DNA from: Minisyncoccota bacterium
GTDB lineage: Bacteria > Patescibacteriota > Minisyncoccia > Phycocordibacterales > UBA6065
Reading direction: 5' to 3'
Assembly: GCA_035546035.1 (NCBI GenBank)
Contig: DASZXC010000003.1
Coordinates: 479 to 64,478 of the forward strand
DNA length: 64,000 bases
A model generated the notes under the pieces. The model was not told the DNA's origin, did no database searches, and saw only the letters and a list, made by a program, of their open reading frames with translations. Both the position numbers and the translations under genes were made by a program. Positions 37,975-47,133 of this stretch are shown piece after piece. Position 1 is the stretch's first letter. Each line of letters opens with the position of its first letter.

Positions 37975-38870
37975 TCTTTTATCGTTGCCGGATCGACCGT
38001 CTTCCACATGTCTTTGAAACCGGCGTTTCCATAGACCTTGTTCTTGTCGTCGCCTTCGACGACCTCGAAGCCGTTCGATTCCATAAAAGCGTCGAGCTCC
38101 GCTTCCGTATACGCTCCTTCGTATTCCGCCTCGAGGGGGATCTCGGCGATGACGAAGACGATCCTCTTCAGATATTCTCCGGCGCTTCGTATAACGGCGA
38201 TATCGTTTCCTTGGGTATCTACCTTAAGCGCGTCTATGCGCTTGAATCGATCCCAAGGGATATGCGAGAGAAAGTCGGAAAGCCGTACCGTCGGGACGGA
38301 TATCTGTTTCGCCGTGCGGTAGCGGAGAGGCCTTAGAAAGCTCGATGTGCCGACGCCGTCCGTCACGTTGAATCGTTTCATGTCCGGCTTCGCATCGTCT
38401 ACGGCAAGGCCGAATACGAGCATGTTCTTTCCGAGGCTCTGTGCCCAGTCGACGCCGCCAACCTTTCGAAGCGAAGGCGCGACGAGCGTTCGGAGCTTAT
38501 TTCGATCGGCCTTGCCCGTGAATATAAAATCGAGCGCTTCAGGGTTCGGTTCGAAGCCGAATACGAACGTTCGCGGGTCGTTCTTGATCCACAGAGCGGA
38601 ATTCGGGGCGGTGTAGGAAAGCCCCACGTCTAGGCGGAGCGATGTGATATCGCGGGGTATGTCGAGGCCGAACGCGCTCTCCGTCGAGCGAGCCGATGCA
38701 TAGAGCTTGTCCGTCAGCGCGCGCATGTCGTGCGCGGTATCGCGACACGCCGACGCATCTCGAGCGATCGATCTTTCCTTTGAGCGCTCGCCAAGGCTTT
38801 GCCACTTCTTTTGAAGCGGCGCATATATGCTCGAAGGCACGATATTCTTGGCTAAGCGTTTGATCGACAT
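37971..38870 (-). CDS. FkbM-family methyltransferase
   Basis: LDVG, FGFEPN, LKVDTQGND. Confidence 0.85.
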   Translation of the reverse strand: MSIKRLAKNIVPSSIYAPLQKKWQSLGERSKERSIARDASACRDTAHDMRALTDKLYASARSTESAFGLDIPRDITSLRLDVGLSYTAPNSALWIKNDPRTFVFGFEPNPEALDFIFTGKADRNKLRTLVAPSLRKVGGVDWAQSLGKNMLVFGLAVDDAKPDMKRFNVTDGVGTSSFLRPLRYRTAKQISVPTVRLSDFLSHIPWDRFKRIDALKVDTQGNDIAVIRSAGEYLKRIVFVIAEIPLEAEYEGAYTEAELDAFMESNGFEVVEGDDKNKVYGNAGFKDMWKTVDPATIKE

Positions 38871-39512
38871 CTATCGTTTTGGGTAGATACGGATGTTGTC
38901 GTTCTTGACCTCGAATCCGTAGCCGGCCGCCGTCGCCATCTTTTCCACTCTTTCGAGGGTCGGATAGTTATTCTTGCCGACGAATTCGCGGGCGTCGTCT
39001 ATGAGGATCACGTGGTTCTTGACCGGATGGGCGAATATGACCTTGAGCTCTTCTTCGACGGGCGTATCGACGTCGGTGCGCGTCGTCTCGCCGCCGGAGA
39101 AATGCGCGTCGAGCCAGAAGAGCGCGGGCTCTTGTATCTCCGCGAGCATCTTGGGAAGCATGACTCCGCTATCGCCGTGGAAAAGCTTCACGTGCCTTTC
39201 GTTCGCGTATTTTTTGACGGCGTCGGCATAGAGCGCATCGGAGAGCTCGACGGAATATATCGCGTCGAAGCGGCGGATCATGGTGTCGATCATCTCGCCC
39301 TTGTACGTGCCGGTCTCGACGAATACGCGCGGCTTGAACTTGGAATAGTAGCCGATGATCGAGTTCACGCGCTCTGCGTGGAGCTTTGCGTGCTTTCGGC
39401 GCTCTCGGACTTTGATGTAGATCCCATAGAGGCCGAATACCTTCAATACTCCTTTCGCCACGCGGCGGGCCGGGGTAGAAGGGATATGTGGTTTGCTGTA
39501 GACGATGCTCAT
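38871..39512 (-). CDS. SAM-dependent methyltransferase-like protein
   Basis: FVETGTYKG, SVEL, GDS, FWLDAH, ILIDD. Confidence 0.75.
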   Translation of the reverse strand: MSIVYSKPHIPSTPARRVAKGVLKVFGLYGIYIKVRERRKHAKLHAERVNSIIGYYSKFKPRVFVETGTYKGEMIDTMIRRFDAIYSVELSDALYADAVKKYANERHVKLFHGDSGVMLPKMLAEIQEPALFWLDAHFSGGETTRTDVDTPVEEELKVIFAHPVKNHVILIDDAREFVGKNNYPTLERVEKMATAAGYGFEVKNDNIRIYPKR

Positions 39513-39513
39513 A

Positions 39514-40461
39514 TTATTGTATGTTCTTAAGGAATCTATCGAAGAAGACCTGGGTCGTATATTCTTTCACCGCTCTCCGGTACGCGTTCTCGATTATCGG
39601 CTTGTATGAATCATAGTTGGCGAGGATCTCCCGGACCGTTTCTTCGAGCTTGTCCGGTTCGTAATACACGAATTCTTTTCCGGGGGTGAAAAACTTCTCT
39701 ATGATATTGAATTCGTCTTTGCGGCAGAGGATGAGGGATTTGCCGAACGCCGCGTCGAATGTCCTGGATTTGATCTGGGGCACCATCGCCGTCTGCTTCT
39801 TGAACATGCCCCTGATGCTCCAGCGCGGTATGCCCGCATAGGCTTTGTTTTCCTTCCAGCCGCGCGTCCCGCGGACGCATCTTATCTCTTGGTCGCGGAG
39901 GAAGAGCAGGTTGTGGACGAGCGTGATCTTGGATTCGGATACAAGCTTGATCTTCTGGTCATAATCCGCGTTCGGATCGGTGGTAAGAGGGTAGTCTGCA
40001 GGGGCAACGAGGCGGTAATTGAATCTCGCTATCTCTTTCACGCTCTTCTCGATCTCGGGCGTATATTCGGTGAAGATGTGCCCGGCGTATATGATGTCGT
40101 ATTTCTTGTCGAACGTCTTCGGTATCTTGTTCTCGTTAAAAGGTATGAAAGAGAAGGCGCGCTTGTCGTTCTCGTATCTTTTATTGAGCCATTCGACGGT
40201 GTACGGGCATATGCTGAAGACTTTGTAGAGGAGGTCTTCGTATATCTCGTGCCTGAAGTCGCGGTTGTCGGTGAAGAACCTATTCGGCTCTTCGAATTCG
40301 AGATGCACGATCTTGTCGCCTTTGATGTCGAGAAGGCCGCGAAAATCCAAGAATCCTTCGATGAGCCAGAAATCTCCCGCCCTGCCGGCGAAGCGCGCGA
40401 AATCGAATGTCCTCGTGGCGTCGAATTTATACGTCTTTACGCGCTTGTTGAAGATTTTCAT
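39514..40461 (-). CDS. Putative glycosyltransferase (CgeB/Glyco_trans_1_2-like C-terminus)
   Basis: QIKSRTFDAA...L, FF.PGKEFVYY. Confidence 0.65.
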   Translation of the reverse strand: MKIFNKRVKTYKFDATRTFDFARFAGRAGDFWLIEGFLDFRGLLDIKGDKIVHLEFEEPNRFFTDNRDFRHEIYEDLLYKVFSICPYTVEWLNKRYENDKRAFSFIPFNENKIPKTFDKKYDIIYAGHIFTEYTPEIEKSVKEIARFNYRLVAPADYPLTTDPNADYDQKIKLVSESKITLVHNLLFLRDQEIRCVRGTRGWKENKAYAGIPRWSIRGMFKKQTAMVPQIKSRTFDAAFGKSLILCRKDEFNIIEKFFTPGKEFVYYEPDKLEETVREILANYDSYKPIIENAYRRAVKEYTTQVFFDRFLKNIQ

Positions 40462-41714
40462 GAGAGTTTCTCGGTATGGTGATCGAGGATGTTCGATATC
40501 TTGCCAGGGTTGTAGCCGCGATAGACCTTTGATCGGGGATTGTCCACGTCGAGTATCTCGAAATTGACGTCTTTCTTGGTATCAAACGATCGGATGCCCG
40601 GGTCATGGAGATGGACATCGAACGTGTGTATGCCGACATTGAAAAGGAATTTCGGTATCTTGACCGTCGTCGAATAGGTGCCCGGTTCGCGATCGAACGC
40701 CTCGCCCTTCTTATCCGAATCCGACGTGACGAGGAGGAGTTCGCCGTCGGCATGGATATAGAGCGATAGTATCGAGCGCTCGATCTCGCGCTTGATCGTG
40801 TAATCTACCTGGACGGTGAAATCCTTGCTCACCGGTATGCGCGGCGTAAGCTCGCCGTCTTCGTCCTTGATGGTCACTTTAGTGACGAATGCGTCCTGGT
40901 CCTTCGGCTCGAATTCAGTGACACTCAAAAGGGAGGCTTCCTGGAGGTATCGGTCGATGACCTTTTCGGTCTCGCCGATCATCTTTATCTTTCCTTTTTC
41001 GAGCAAGATGCAGGTCTTACAGAGCGATCGTACTGCGGACAGGTTATGGCTGACGAACAATATCGTGCGGCCCTGGGCTTGGGTCACTTCTTCCATCTTG
41101 CCGAGGCATTTCTTTTGGAATTCTGCGTCGCCGACGGCGAGGACCTCGTCCACGAGCAGTATGTCCGGCTCCATATGCGCCGCGACCGAGAATGCGAGGC
41201 GCACGTACATGCCGCTCGAATAGTATTTGACCGGCGTATCTATGAATTTCTCTATGCCCGCGAATTCGACGATGGATTCGAAGTTCTTCGCGATCTCCTT
41301 CTTCTTCATGCCCAAGATGGCGCCGTTGAGGAATATGTTCTCGCGTCCGGTGAGCTCGGGATGGAAGCCGGTGCCGACTTCGAGGAGCGACGCCACGCGG
41401 CCGCGCATGACGATCTCGCCTTCGGAAGGCGGCGTGATGCCCGTGAGGATCTTGAGGAGCGTCGATTTTCCCGCTCCGTTTCTGCCGATGATGCCGATGA
41501 CCTCTCCGGGCATCACCTGGAAATCGATGCCTTTGAGCGCCCAGAACTCTTCTTTCGTGCCGATGCCGGCCACGTTCTTGGCTTTCTGCTTGAAGAATTT
41601 GAACGGGCTCTTTACGATGTTCATGAGCACGTCGCGCAGGGCAACATACTTGCCCCGATAGTGGCTGATGCTATATCGCTTGCCGACGCCTTTTACTTCG
41701 ATGATGGGTTTCAT
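40458..41714 (-). CDS. wzt: Polysaccharide ABC exporter ATPase with C-terminal carbohydrate-binding (Wzt_C) domain
   Basis: GRNGAGKST, EVGTGFHPELTGRENI, YSSGM, DEVLAVGD; C-terminal extension. Confidence 0.95.
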   Translation of the reverse strand: MKPIIEVKGVGKRYSISHYRGKYVALRDVLMNIVKSPFKFFKQKAKNVAGIGTKEEFWALKGIDFQVMPGEVIGIIGRNGAGKSTLLKILTGITPPSEGEIVMRGRVASLLEVGTGFHPELTGRENIFLNGAILGMKKKEIAKNFESIVEFAGIEKFIDTPVKYYSSGMYVRLAFSVAAHMEPDILLVDEVLAVGDAEFQKKCLGKMEEVTQAQGRTILFVSHNLSAVRSLCKTCILLEKGKIKMIGETEKVIDRYLQEASLLSVTEFEPKDQDAFVTKVTIKDEDGELTPRIPVSKDFTVQVDYTIKREIERSILSLYIHADGELLLVTSDSDKKGEAFDREPGTYSTTVKIPKFLFNVGIHTFDVHLHDPGIRSFDTKKDVNFEILDVDNPRSKVYRGYNPGKISNILDHHTEKLS

Positions 41715-41726
41715 AGTCGATTGCGA

Positions 41727-42551
41727 TTAGAGTATATCGGCGAAATACCTCTCGACTTTTTTAAAATACGCCGAGCCGACAAGGAGTATGACGAGGCAGG
41801 CCAGCGACGATATGCCGAGGAGCGTCCAGTTGACGGCGGTCGTGCCCAAAAGCGCCGCGCGCGCCGACTGGATGACGCCCGTCATCGGGTTAAGGGCGAG
41901 GAGCCACGAATATTTGCCCGCGATAGATGCCGGATATATGACCGGCGTGAGGAACAAGAGTATCTGGATGAAGAACGGCAGCGCGTATCGCACGTCGCGA
42001 TATTTTACATTGACGGCCGCGAGGAAGAGGCCGGCGCCCACCGATGCCATGAACGTGATGAGCAGAAGCAGAGGGATGAGCCAGATGCCCATAAGATGCG
42101 GCACGAATCCGTAATAGATCATGAGCCCGGCGAGCACGATCGCGGCGAACAGGAAGTCCACGAATTTGGATATGACGCCGGAGATAGGGAGGAGGAGGCG
42201 GGGGAAGTAGACCTTGGTTATGATCGCCTGGTTCCCGATGAGGACGTTCGACGTATCAGAGAGCGCGCCCGAAAAGAATTGCCAGAAAAGGAGGCCCGTA
42301 TAGACGAAGATCGGATATGGCACGCCGTCCGATGGCACCTGGGCCAGATTGCCGAAGAATACCGAGAACACGATCATCGTCACGAACGGCTGGAGTATCG
42401 CCCAAAGCGCGCCGATGAACGTCTGCTTATAGCGCACCTTGAAATCGCGCCAGGTGAAGAAATAGAGCAGCTCGCGGTAATTCCAAAGCTCCCTGACGTC
42501 GTTCCAGGAAAAGCTTTTCTTCGGGCGTATAACGGTGAGGGTCTCGTGCAT
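41727..42551 (-). CDS. wzm: Polysaccharide ABC exporter permease
   Basis: RDFKVRYKQT.IG..W, KVYFPR, YRD, TPVIYP, NPM, FAD. Confidence 0.95.
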   Translation of the reverse strand: MHETLTVIRPKKSFSWNDVRELWNYRELLYFFTWRDFKVRYKQTFIGALWAILQPFVTMIVFSVFFGNLAQVPSDGVPYPIFVYTGLLFWQFFSGALSDTSNVLIGNQAIITKVYFPRLLLPISGVISKFVDFLFAAIVLAGLMIYYGFVPHLMGIWLIPLLLLITFMASVGAGLFLAAVNVKYRDVRYALPFFIQILLFLTPVIYPASIAGKYSWLLALNPMTGVIQSARAALLGTTAVNWTLLGISSLACLVILLVGSAYFKKVERYFADIL

Positions 42552-42554
42552 GCT

Positions 42555-43475
42555 CTATATATTGTTGAAGTCCTGGAACGGGTCGTAGAACTTGTAGACT
42601 TTCACCATCTCCGCGATACCGTCGTCGAGAGTCTTCTTCGGCTTGAAGCCGAGGGCCGCGAGCTTTGCATAGCTTATGTTGAAATCGCGCGTGTCGGCGT
42701 CTTTGATCTCCGAATTGACGATCTTGCAGCCGGTAGCCTTCGCGATCTTTTCAGCGATCTCGAGCTTTGTGAAATTGAGCGAATCAGAGCCGACGTTGTA
42801 GACGTTGCCTTTCATCCGGTCTGTCTTGTCGAGGGCAAGGAGGTATGCGTCTATCGCATCGTCTATGTGGAGGCAGGTGCGCTTGGAATGCGCCTGGAAG
42901 AGCACGAGGACGCGATCGTAAATAGCGCGATAGCAGAAATCGTTGACGATGAGGTCGGTGCGCATGCGCGGGCTCGCCCCGAAAATAGTGGCGAAGCGGA
43001 AGCCGATGCTGTTCTTACGCTTCATGACGGCCTCTTCGCCGGCGAATTTCGTCTTGCTGTACACGCTCTTCAGCTTTACCGGCGTGGTCTCGTCGCAGTT
43101 CGCGCCTTTCTGATCGCCGTATACCGTCGTGGTGCCGGCATAGACGATAAGGGTCTCTGGATCGGCGAGTTCGGCGATCTTTATCGTCGCTTCCGCGTTT
43201 ATGGACCATGCCGACGAAGGGTTCGCCTCGCACGCAGGAAGGCCGCCGAGGCCGCCGAGATGGAATATGACGTCGAAGCCCGCGAGAGTCTCTTTCGTCA
43301 CGTTGCGTATGTCGTCTTTCGCTACCGAAAGCCGCGCATTCTTCACCAGGTGCATGACAGGATCATATCCGTAGAGGAAATTGTCGTGGATCGTGACGTC
43401 ATGCGCGCGGTCGAGGAGCTTTTCCGCGAGGAGGATGCCTTTGTAGCCCGCACCGCCGGTGATGAGGATCTTCAT
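42555..43475 (-). CDS. NAD-dependent epimerase/dehydratase
   Basis: ITGGAGYKG, YSKTK, FRFAT.FG.SPRMR.DL. Confidence 0.92.
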   Translation of the reverse strand: MKILITGGAGYKGILLAEKLLDRAHDVTIHDNFLYGYDPVMHLVKNARLSVAKDDIRNVTKETLAGFDVIFHLGGLGGLPACEANPSSAWSINAEATIKIAELADPETLIVYAGTTTVYGDQKGANCDETTPVKLKSVYSKTKFAGEEAVMKRKNSIGFRFATIFGASPRMRTDLIVNDFCYRAIYDRVLVLFQAHSKRTCLHIDDAIDAYLLALDKTDRMKGNVYNVGSDSLNFTKLEIAEKIAKATGCKIVNSEIKDADTRDFNISYAKLAALGFKPKKTLDDGIAEMVKVYKFYDPFQDFNNI

Positions 43476-43485
43476 ATAAATGATT

Positions 43486-43734
43486 TTACCACCTGTTAAT
43501 CTTGTTCACGACCTTCTTCTTGAGCTTGAGGTACTCTTTCACGGCGCCTTTCTCGAGGTCAGGGGAGACGAGGCGGAGGATCTCCTTGCCGAGGATGCGG
43601 TATTGGCCGCCGACCTTGTTCGCGCGGATGAGCCCGCGCTTCAGCATGCGCTTTATGGTACTTTCGCTTATGCGGAGCACCTGGCGGGTCTCTTCCGTCG
43701 TATAGACTGCGTTGGGCTTGATCTCTTCTGCCAT
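43486..43734 (-). CDS. Excisionase/BldC-like HTH DNA-binding protein (HTH_17)
   Basis: YTTEETRQVLRISESTIKRML..G.I.A.KVGGQYRI. Confidence 0.9.
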   Translation of the reverse strand: MAEEIKPNAVYTTEETRQVLRISESTIKRMLKRGLIRANKVGGQYRILGKEILRLVSPDLEKGAVKEYLKLKKKVVNKINRW

Positions 43735-43740
43735 AGCCTC

Positions 43741-43776
43741 ATTTTAGTGTAAGTGTCAAAAGGTGTCAAAAGGTTT
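43741..43776 (-). promoter_or_regulatory. Promoter TTGACA-N17-TAAAAT overlaid by 10-bp direct repeats
   Basis: Plus strand gtgtcaaaag gtgtcaaaag gtttca; -35 at 43764-43769, -10 at 43741-43746, ATG 6 nt downstream. Confidence 0.75.
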
Positions 43777-43817
43777 CATGCTCAAATCACGATATTTTAT
43801 ATGCTATATTTGAAGCC

Positions 43818-45995
43818 ATGACGCTCAACACCATATTGAAAAAGACCGCGATCGCGACGATTTTTTCCGTATTTATCATTCCGTTCATCGTGCCCGGCGA
43901 CATGTTCTTCCCGTTCATCACGGGGAAGGGCTTCCTCTTCAGGGTCTTGGTCGAGATCGGCTTCGCGGCGTGGCTTCTCCTCTCGCTCCGCGACGCGTCG
44001 GTCAGGCCGCGCAAGTCATGGGTGCTCTGGGCTTTCGGCGCATTCGTGGCGGTCATAGGCATTGCCGACATATTCGGCGTCAATCCGTGGAAGAGCTTCT
44101 GGTCCAATTTCGAGCGCATGGAAGGATATATCACCATCCTTCATATCTTCCTCTATTTCATCGTCGCGTCTTCGGTCCTCGCGACGGAAAAGCTCTGGAA
44201 GCGATTCCTTGAATGGTCGGTGTGGTCGAGCCTTGCCATGTCTCTCTACGGCTTCCTCCAGCTTTCGGGCGTATTCCAGATCAATCAGGGCGGCGTGCGC
44301 GTCGACGGAACGTTCGGTAATGCGACGTACCTCGCCATATACGCCGTCTTCAATATATTCTTTGCCCTCATACTCATAAATAGGGACAAGGAGCTTTGGA
44401 AAAAGATATCCTACGGCGTCATCGCATTCCTCGATTTCATCATCCTCTATCACACGGCGACTCGCGGCTCGATCTTGGGCCTTCTCGGCGGCCTGCTCCT
44501 TTCGGGGCTCCTCATAGCTATATTCGACAAGGGCGAAAGGAAGATCCGCATAGCGGCGGCTTCAATCGTGGGCGCGGTGATACTCCTCGTCATCGGATTC
44601 ATCGGCGTCCGGCATGCGTCGTTCGTGGCGAACAGTCCGGTATTGTCGCGATTCGCCTCTATCTCGTGGGCGGATACCCAGACCCAGGCCCGCGCATATA
44701 TATGGCCGATGGCGATCAAAGGCTGGGAAGAGAAGCCTGTGCTCGGCTGGGGCCAGGAGAATTTCAACTATATATTCAACGCCAACTATGATCCGCGCAT
44801 GTATTCGCAGGAGCAGTGGTTCGACCATGCGCATAATACGGTCCTCGATTGGCTCGTCGCGGGTGGCTTGCTCGGCCTCCTCGCGTATCTGTCGCTTTTT
44901 GTGACGGCGGTCTGGCTCCTCTGGAAGAAGTCGCCAGACGTGTCCTTCACGGAGAAAGCGCTCTTTACCGGCCTCGGCGCGGCGTATTTCTTCCATAATC
45001 TCTTCGTATTCGATAATCTCGTAAGCTACATATTATTCGTCGCGGTCCTCGCCTTCATCCATTTCAAGGCGACGAGGCTCGAAAAACCCGTCGCTTCGGA
45101 GAAGGGCGAGATCGACGGAGACGACATACGCATGGCCGGTCCGATCATCCTCGTCGCCCTCGCATTCGCCGTCTGGTTCTTCAATTGGCGCGGATACGAG
45201 ACGAACCTCGCCATGATAGACGGCCTTCGCGCGACGAGCGTGTCGCCGGTCCAGGCCCAGGCCGCATTGGACGGATTCGCTAGGGCCGCGTCTTATGATA
45301 CGCTCGGCAGGCCTGAATTGGTCGAGCGCGTCATCGGCGCCGTTCCCGCGATGAACAGCGACGCGGTGCCTCTCGATATCCGCCAGAAATTCGCCGAGCT
45401 CGCGAAGGGTCTCGTAGACGCCCAGATCGCGCGATTCCCGGGCGACGCCCGTTACGAGACGTTCGCCGGCACGTTCTATTCGTCATACGGACAGGCCGCC
45501 GACGCCGAGAAGCACTATCTCGAAGCGGTTAAATTGTCGCCGAAGAAGCAGACGATACTTTTCCAGGTCGGCAGCTTCTATATAACGTCGAAGCAGTATG
45601 ACAAGGCGATCGCGACGTTCAAGGAAGCCTATGACCTCGACCATTCATTCGCTACCGCGGCGCAATATTATGCGATGTCTCTCGCATATGCGGGCAGGGA
45701 GACGGAGGCAAAGGCCGTTCTCGCCCAAGCGGGCCTGGATACGTCTATGACGGACGACAATTTCCTCCGCGCATATATAGATGCCGACAATTGGACGAAA
45801 GTGCTCTCGATATTGAAGGCGCGCATCGCGGCGAATCCAAAAGATGTCGGAAGCATGCAGAATCTCGCGGCTGCATATTATCAGATGGGTAATAAGGCGA
45901 TGGCCGTAGCGACCTTCAGGCAGATAGAAACCGTCGATCCGTCCCTCAAGGCGCAGGTCGAGCAGTACATACAGGCTATTCAGAACGGGCAGTAA
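43818..45995 (+). CDS. O-antigen ligase (Wzy_C/PglL-like) membrane protein with C-terminal TPRs
   Basis: TFGN..YLA, TRGS.LG, R..IW, P.LGWGQENF, DHAHN..L; TPR-like helical repeats. Confidence 0.9.
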   Translation: MTLNTILKKTAIATIFSVFIIPFIVPGDMFFPFITGKGFLFRVLVEIGFAAWLLLSLRDASVRPRKSWVLWAFGAFVAVIGIADIFGVNPWKSFWSNFERMEGYITILHIFLYFIVASSVLATEKLWKRFLEWSVWSSLAMSLYGFLQLSGVFQINQGGVRVDGTFGNATYLAIYAVFNIFFALILINRDKELWKKISYGVIAFLDFIILYHTATRGSILGLLGGLLLSGLLIAIFDKGERKIRIAAASIVGAVILLVIGFIGVRHASFVANSPVLSRFASISWADTQTQARAYIWPMAIKGWEEKPVLGWGQENFNYIFNANYDPRMYSQEQWFDHAHNTVLDWLVAGGLLGLLAYLSLFVTAVWLLWKKSPDVSFTEKALFTGLGAAYFFHNLFVFDNLVSYILFVAVLAFIHFKATRLEKPVASEKGEIDGDDIRMAGPIILVALAFAVWFFNWRGYETNLAMIDGLRATSVSPVQAQAALDGFARAASYDTLGRPELVERVIGAVPAMNSDAVPLDIRQKFAELAKGLVDAQIARFPGDARYETFAGTFYSSYGQAADAEKHYLEAVKLSPKKQTILFQVGSFYITSKQYDKAIATFKEAYDLDHSFATAAQYYAMSLAYAGRETEAKAVLAQAGLDTSMTDDNFLRAYIDADNWTKVLSILKARIAANPKDVGSMQNLAAAYYQMGNKAMAVATFRQIETVDPSLKAQVEQYIQAIQNGQ

Positions 45996-46022
45996 TAGTC
46001 GCGGCGCGAAATTCGCATACCT

Positions 46023-47084
46023 GTGAAGATATCAGAAAACATACCGCTTGCTCCCTATACGACGTTCAAGATCGGCGGAGCCGCGCGCTATTTTTGCGTC
46101 GCGAAGAGCGAAGCGGAGATCGGAGAGGCCGTGGCGTTCGCGCGCAACAAGAAGGTTCTGCTTGTTATTCTGGGCGGCGGGTCGAACGTGGTTGTCTCTG
46201 ATGCAGGAGTCCCGGGCCTCGTCATGAAGATGGAGATGAAGGGCGCGACATACGAAGAGAAGGACGGGGCTATCATGGTCACGGCATGGGCGGGGGAGAA
46301 TTGGGACGAGCTCGTCGGGAAGACCGTCGAATGGGGAGCATGGGGTCTGGAGAATCTCTCTGCCATACCGGGGACTGTCGGTGCCGCACCGGTCCAGAAC
46401 ATCGGGGCGTATGGCACCGAAGCGATGGACGTCATCGAATCCGTGCGCGCCATAGATCGCGCGACCGGTGCGGCGCGCCTCTTCACCAACAAAGAATGCG
46501 GCTTCTCATACCGCGATAGCATATTCAAAACCGAAGAGGGCAAAAAATGGGCCATCGTTTCCGTTACCTTCAGGCTCTCGAGAGCGCCGAAGCCGAACCT
46601 TTCATACAAAGACCTTAAAGAGCGCTTTGCCTCCCGGATCGCCGCGAATGAAACGCCGTCGCAGTCAGAGATCCGCGATGCCGTCGCCGAGATCCGTCGC
46701 GGAAAATTCCCCGACATAGCGAAGACCGGCACGGCGGGTTCTTTCTGGAAGAACCCGATCATATGCCGCGAACATTTCGAGGGCATCAAGAAGCGTTTTC
46801 CCGATCTGCCGTCGTTTCCAGCGGATGCTCCCGCGGGAAGCCGTGAAGTCGGTCCCGCGGAAGAAGCCGTCAAAGTGCCTCTGGCCTGGATCCTCGATAA
46901 GATCTGCGGCCTCAAGGGATATTCGAAAGGAAAGATATCTCTCCATCAGAATCAGCCACTTGTCGTCGTCGCTGAAAAGGGCGCGACCGCCGCAGAGGTC
47001 TGCTCCTTCGAGAACGGTATCCGCGCTATCGTAAAAGAGAAGACGGGCATAGACATACAGCCCGAAGTCGGCTTCTTGGAATAA
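46023..47084 (+). CDS. murB: UDP-N-acetylenolpyruvoylglucosamine reductase
   Basis: TTFKIGG.A, LGGGSN, GLENLS.IPGTVG..PVQNIGAYG, YRDS.FK, AGSFWKNP. Confidence 0.97.
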   Translation: MKISENIPLAPYTTFKIGGAARYFCVAKSEAEIGEAVAFARNKKVLLVILGGGSNVVVSDAGVPGLVMKMEMKGATYEEKDGAIMVTAWAGENWDELVGKTVEWGAWGLENLSAIPGTVGAAPVQNIGAYGTEAMDVIESVRAIDRATGAARLFTNKECGFSYRDSIFKTEEGKKWAIVSVTFRLSRAPKPNLSYKDLKERFASRIAANETPSQSEIRDAVAEIRRGKFPDIAKTGTAGSFWKNPIICREHFEGIKKRFPDLPSFPADAPAGSREVGPAEEAVKVPLAWILDKICGLKGYSKGKISLHQNQPLVVVAEKGATAAEVCSFENGIRAIVKEKTGIDIQPEVGFLE

Positions 47085-47133
47085 TGGCCTTAAAAGGGGC
47101 TAAATGCGCGTCAGTATGGTAGAATAGCGCCCT

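Noticed and set aside
43486-43734. Excisionase as evidence of a prophage or ICE
   Set aside because: No integrase, att site or phage genes nearby; better explained as a regulator
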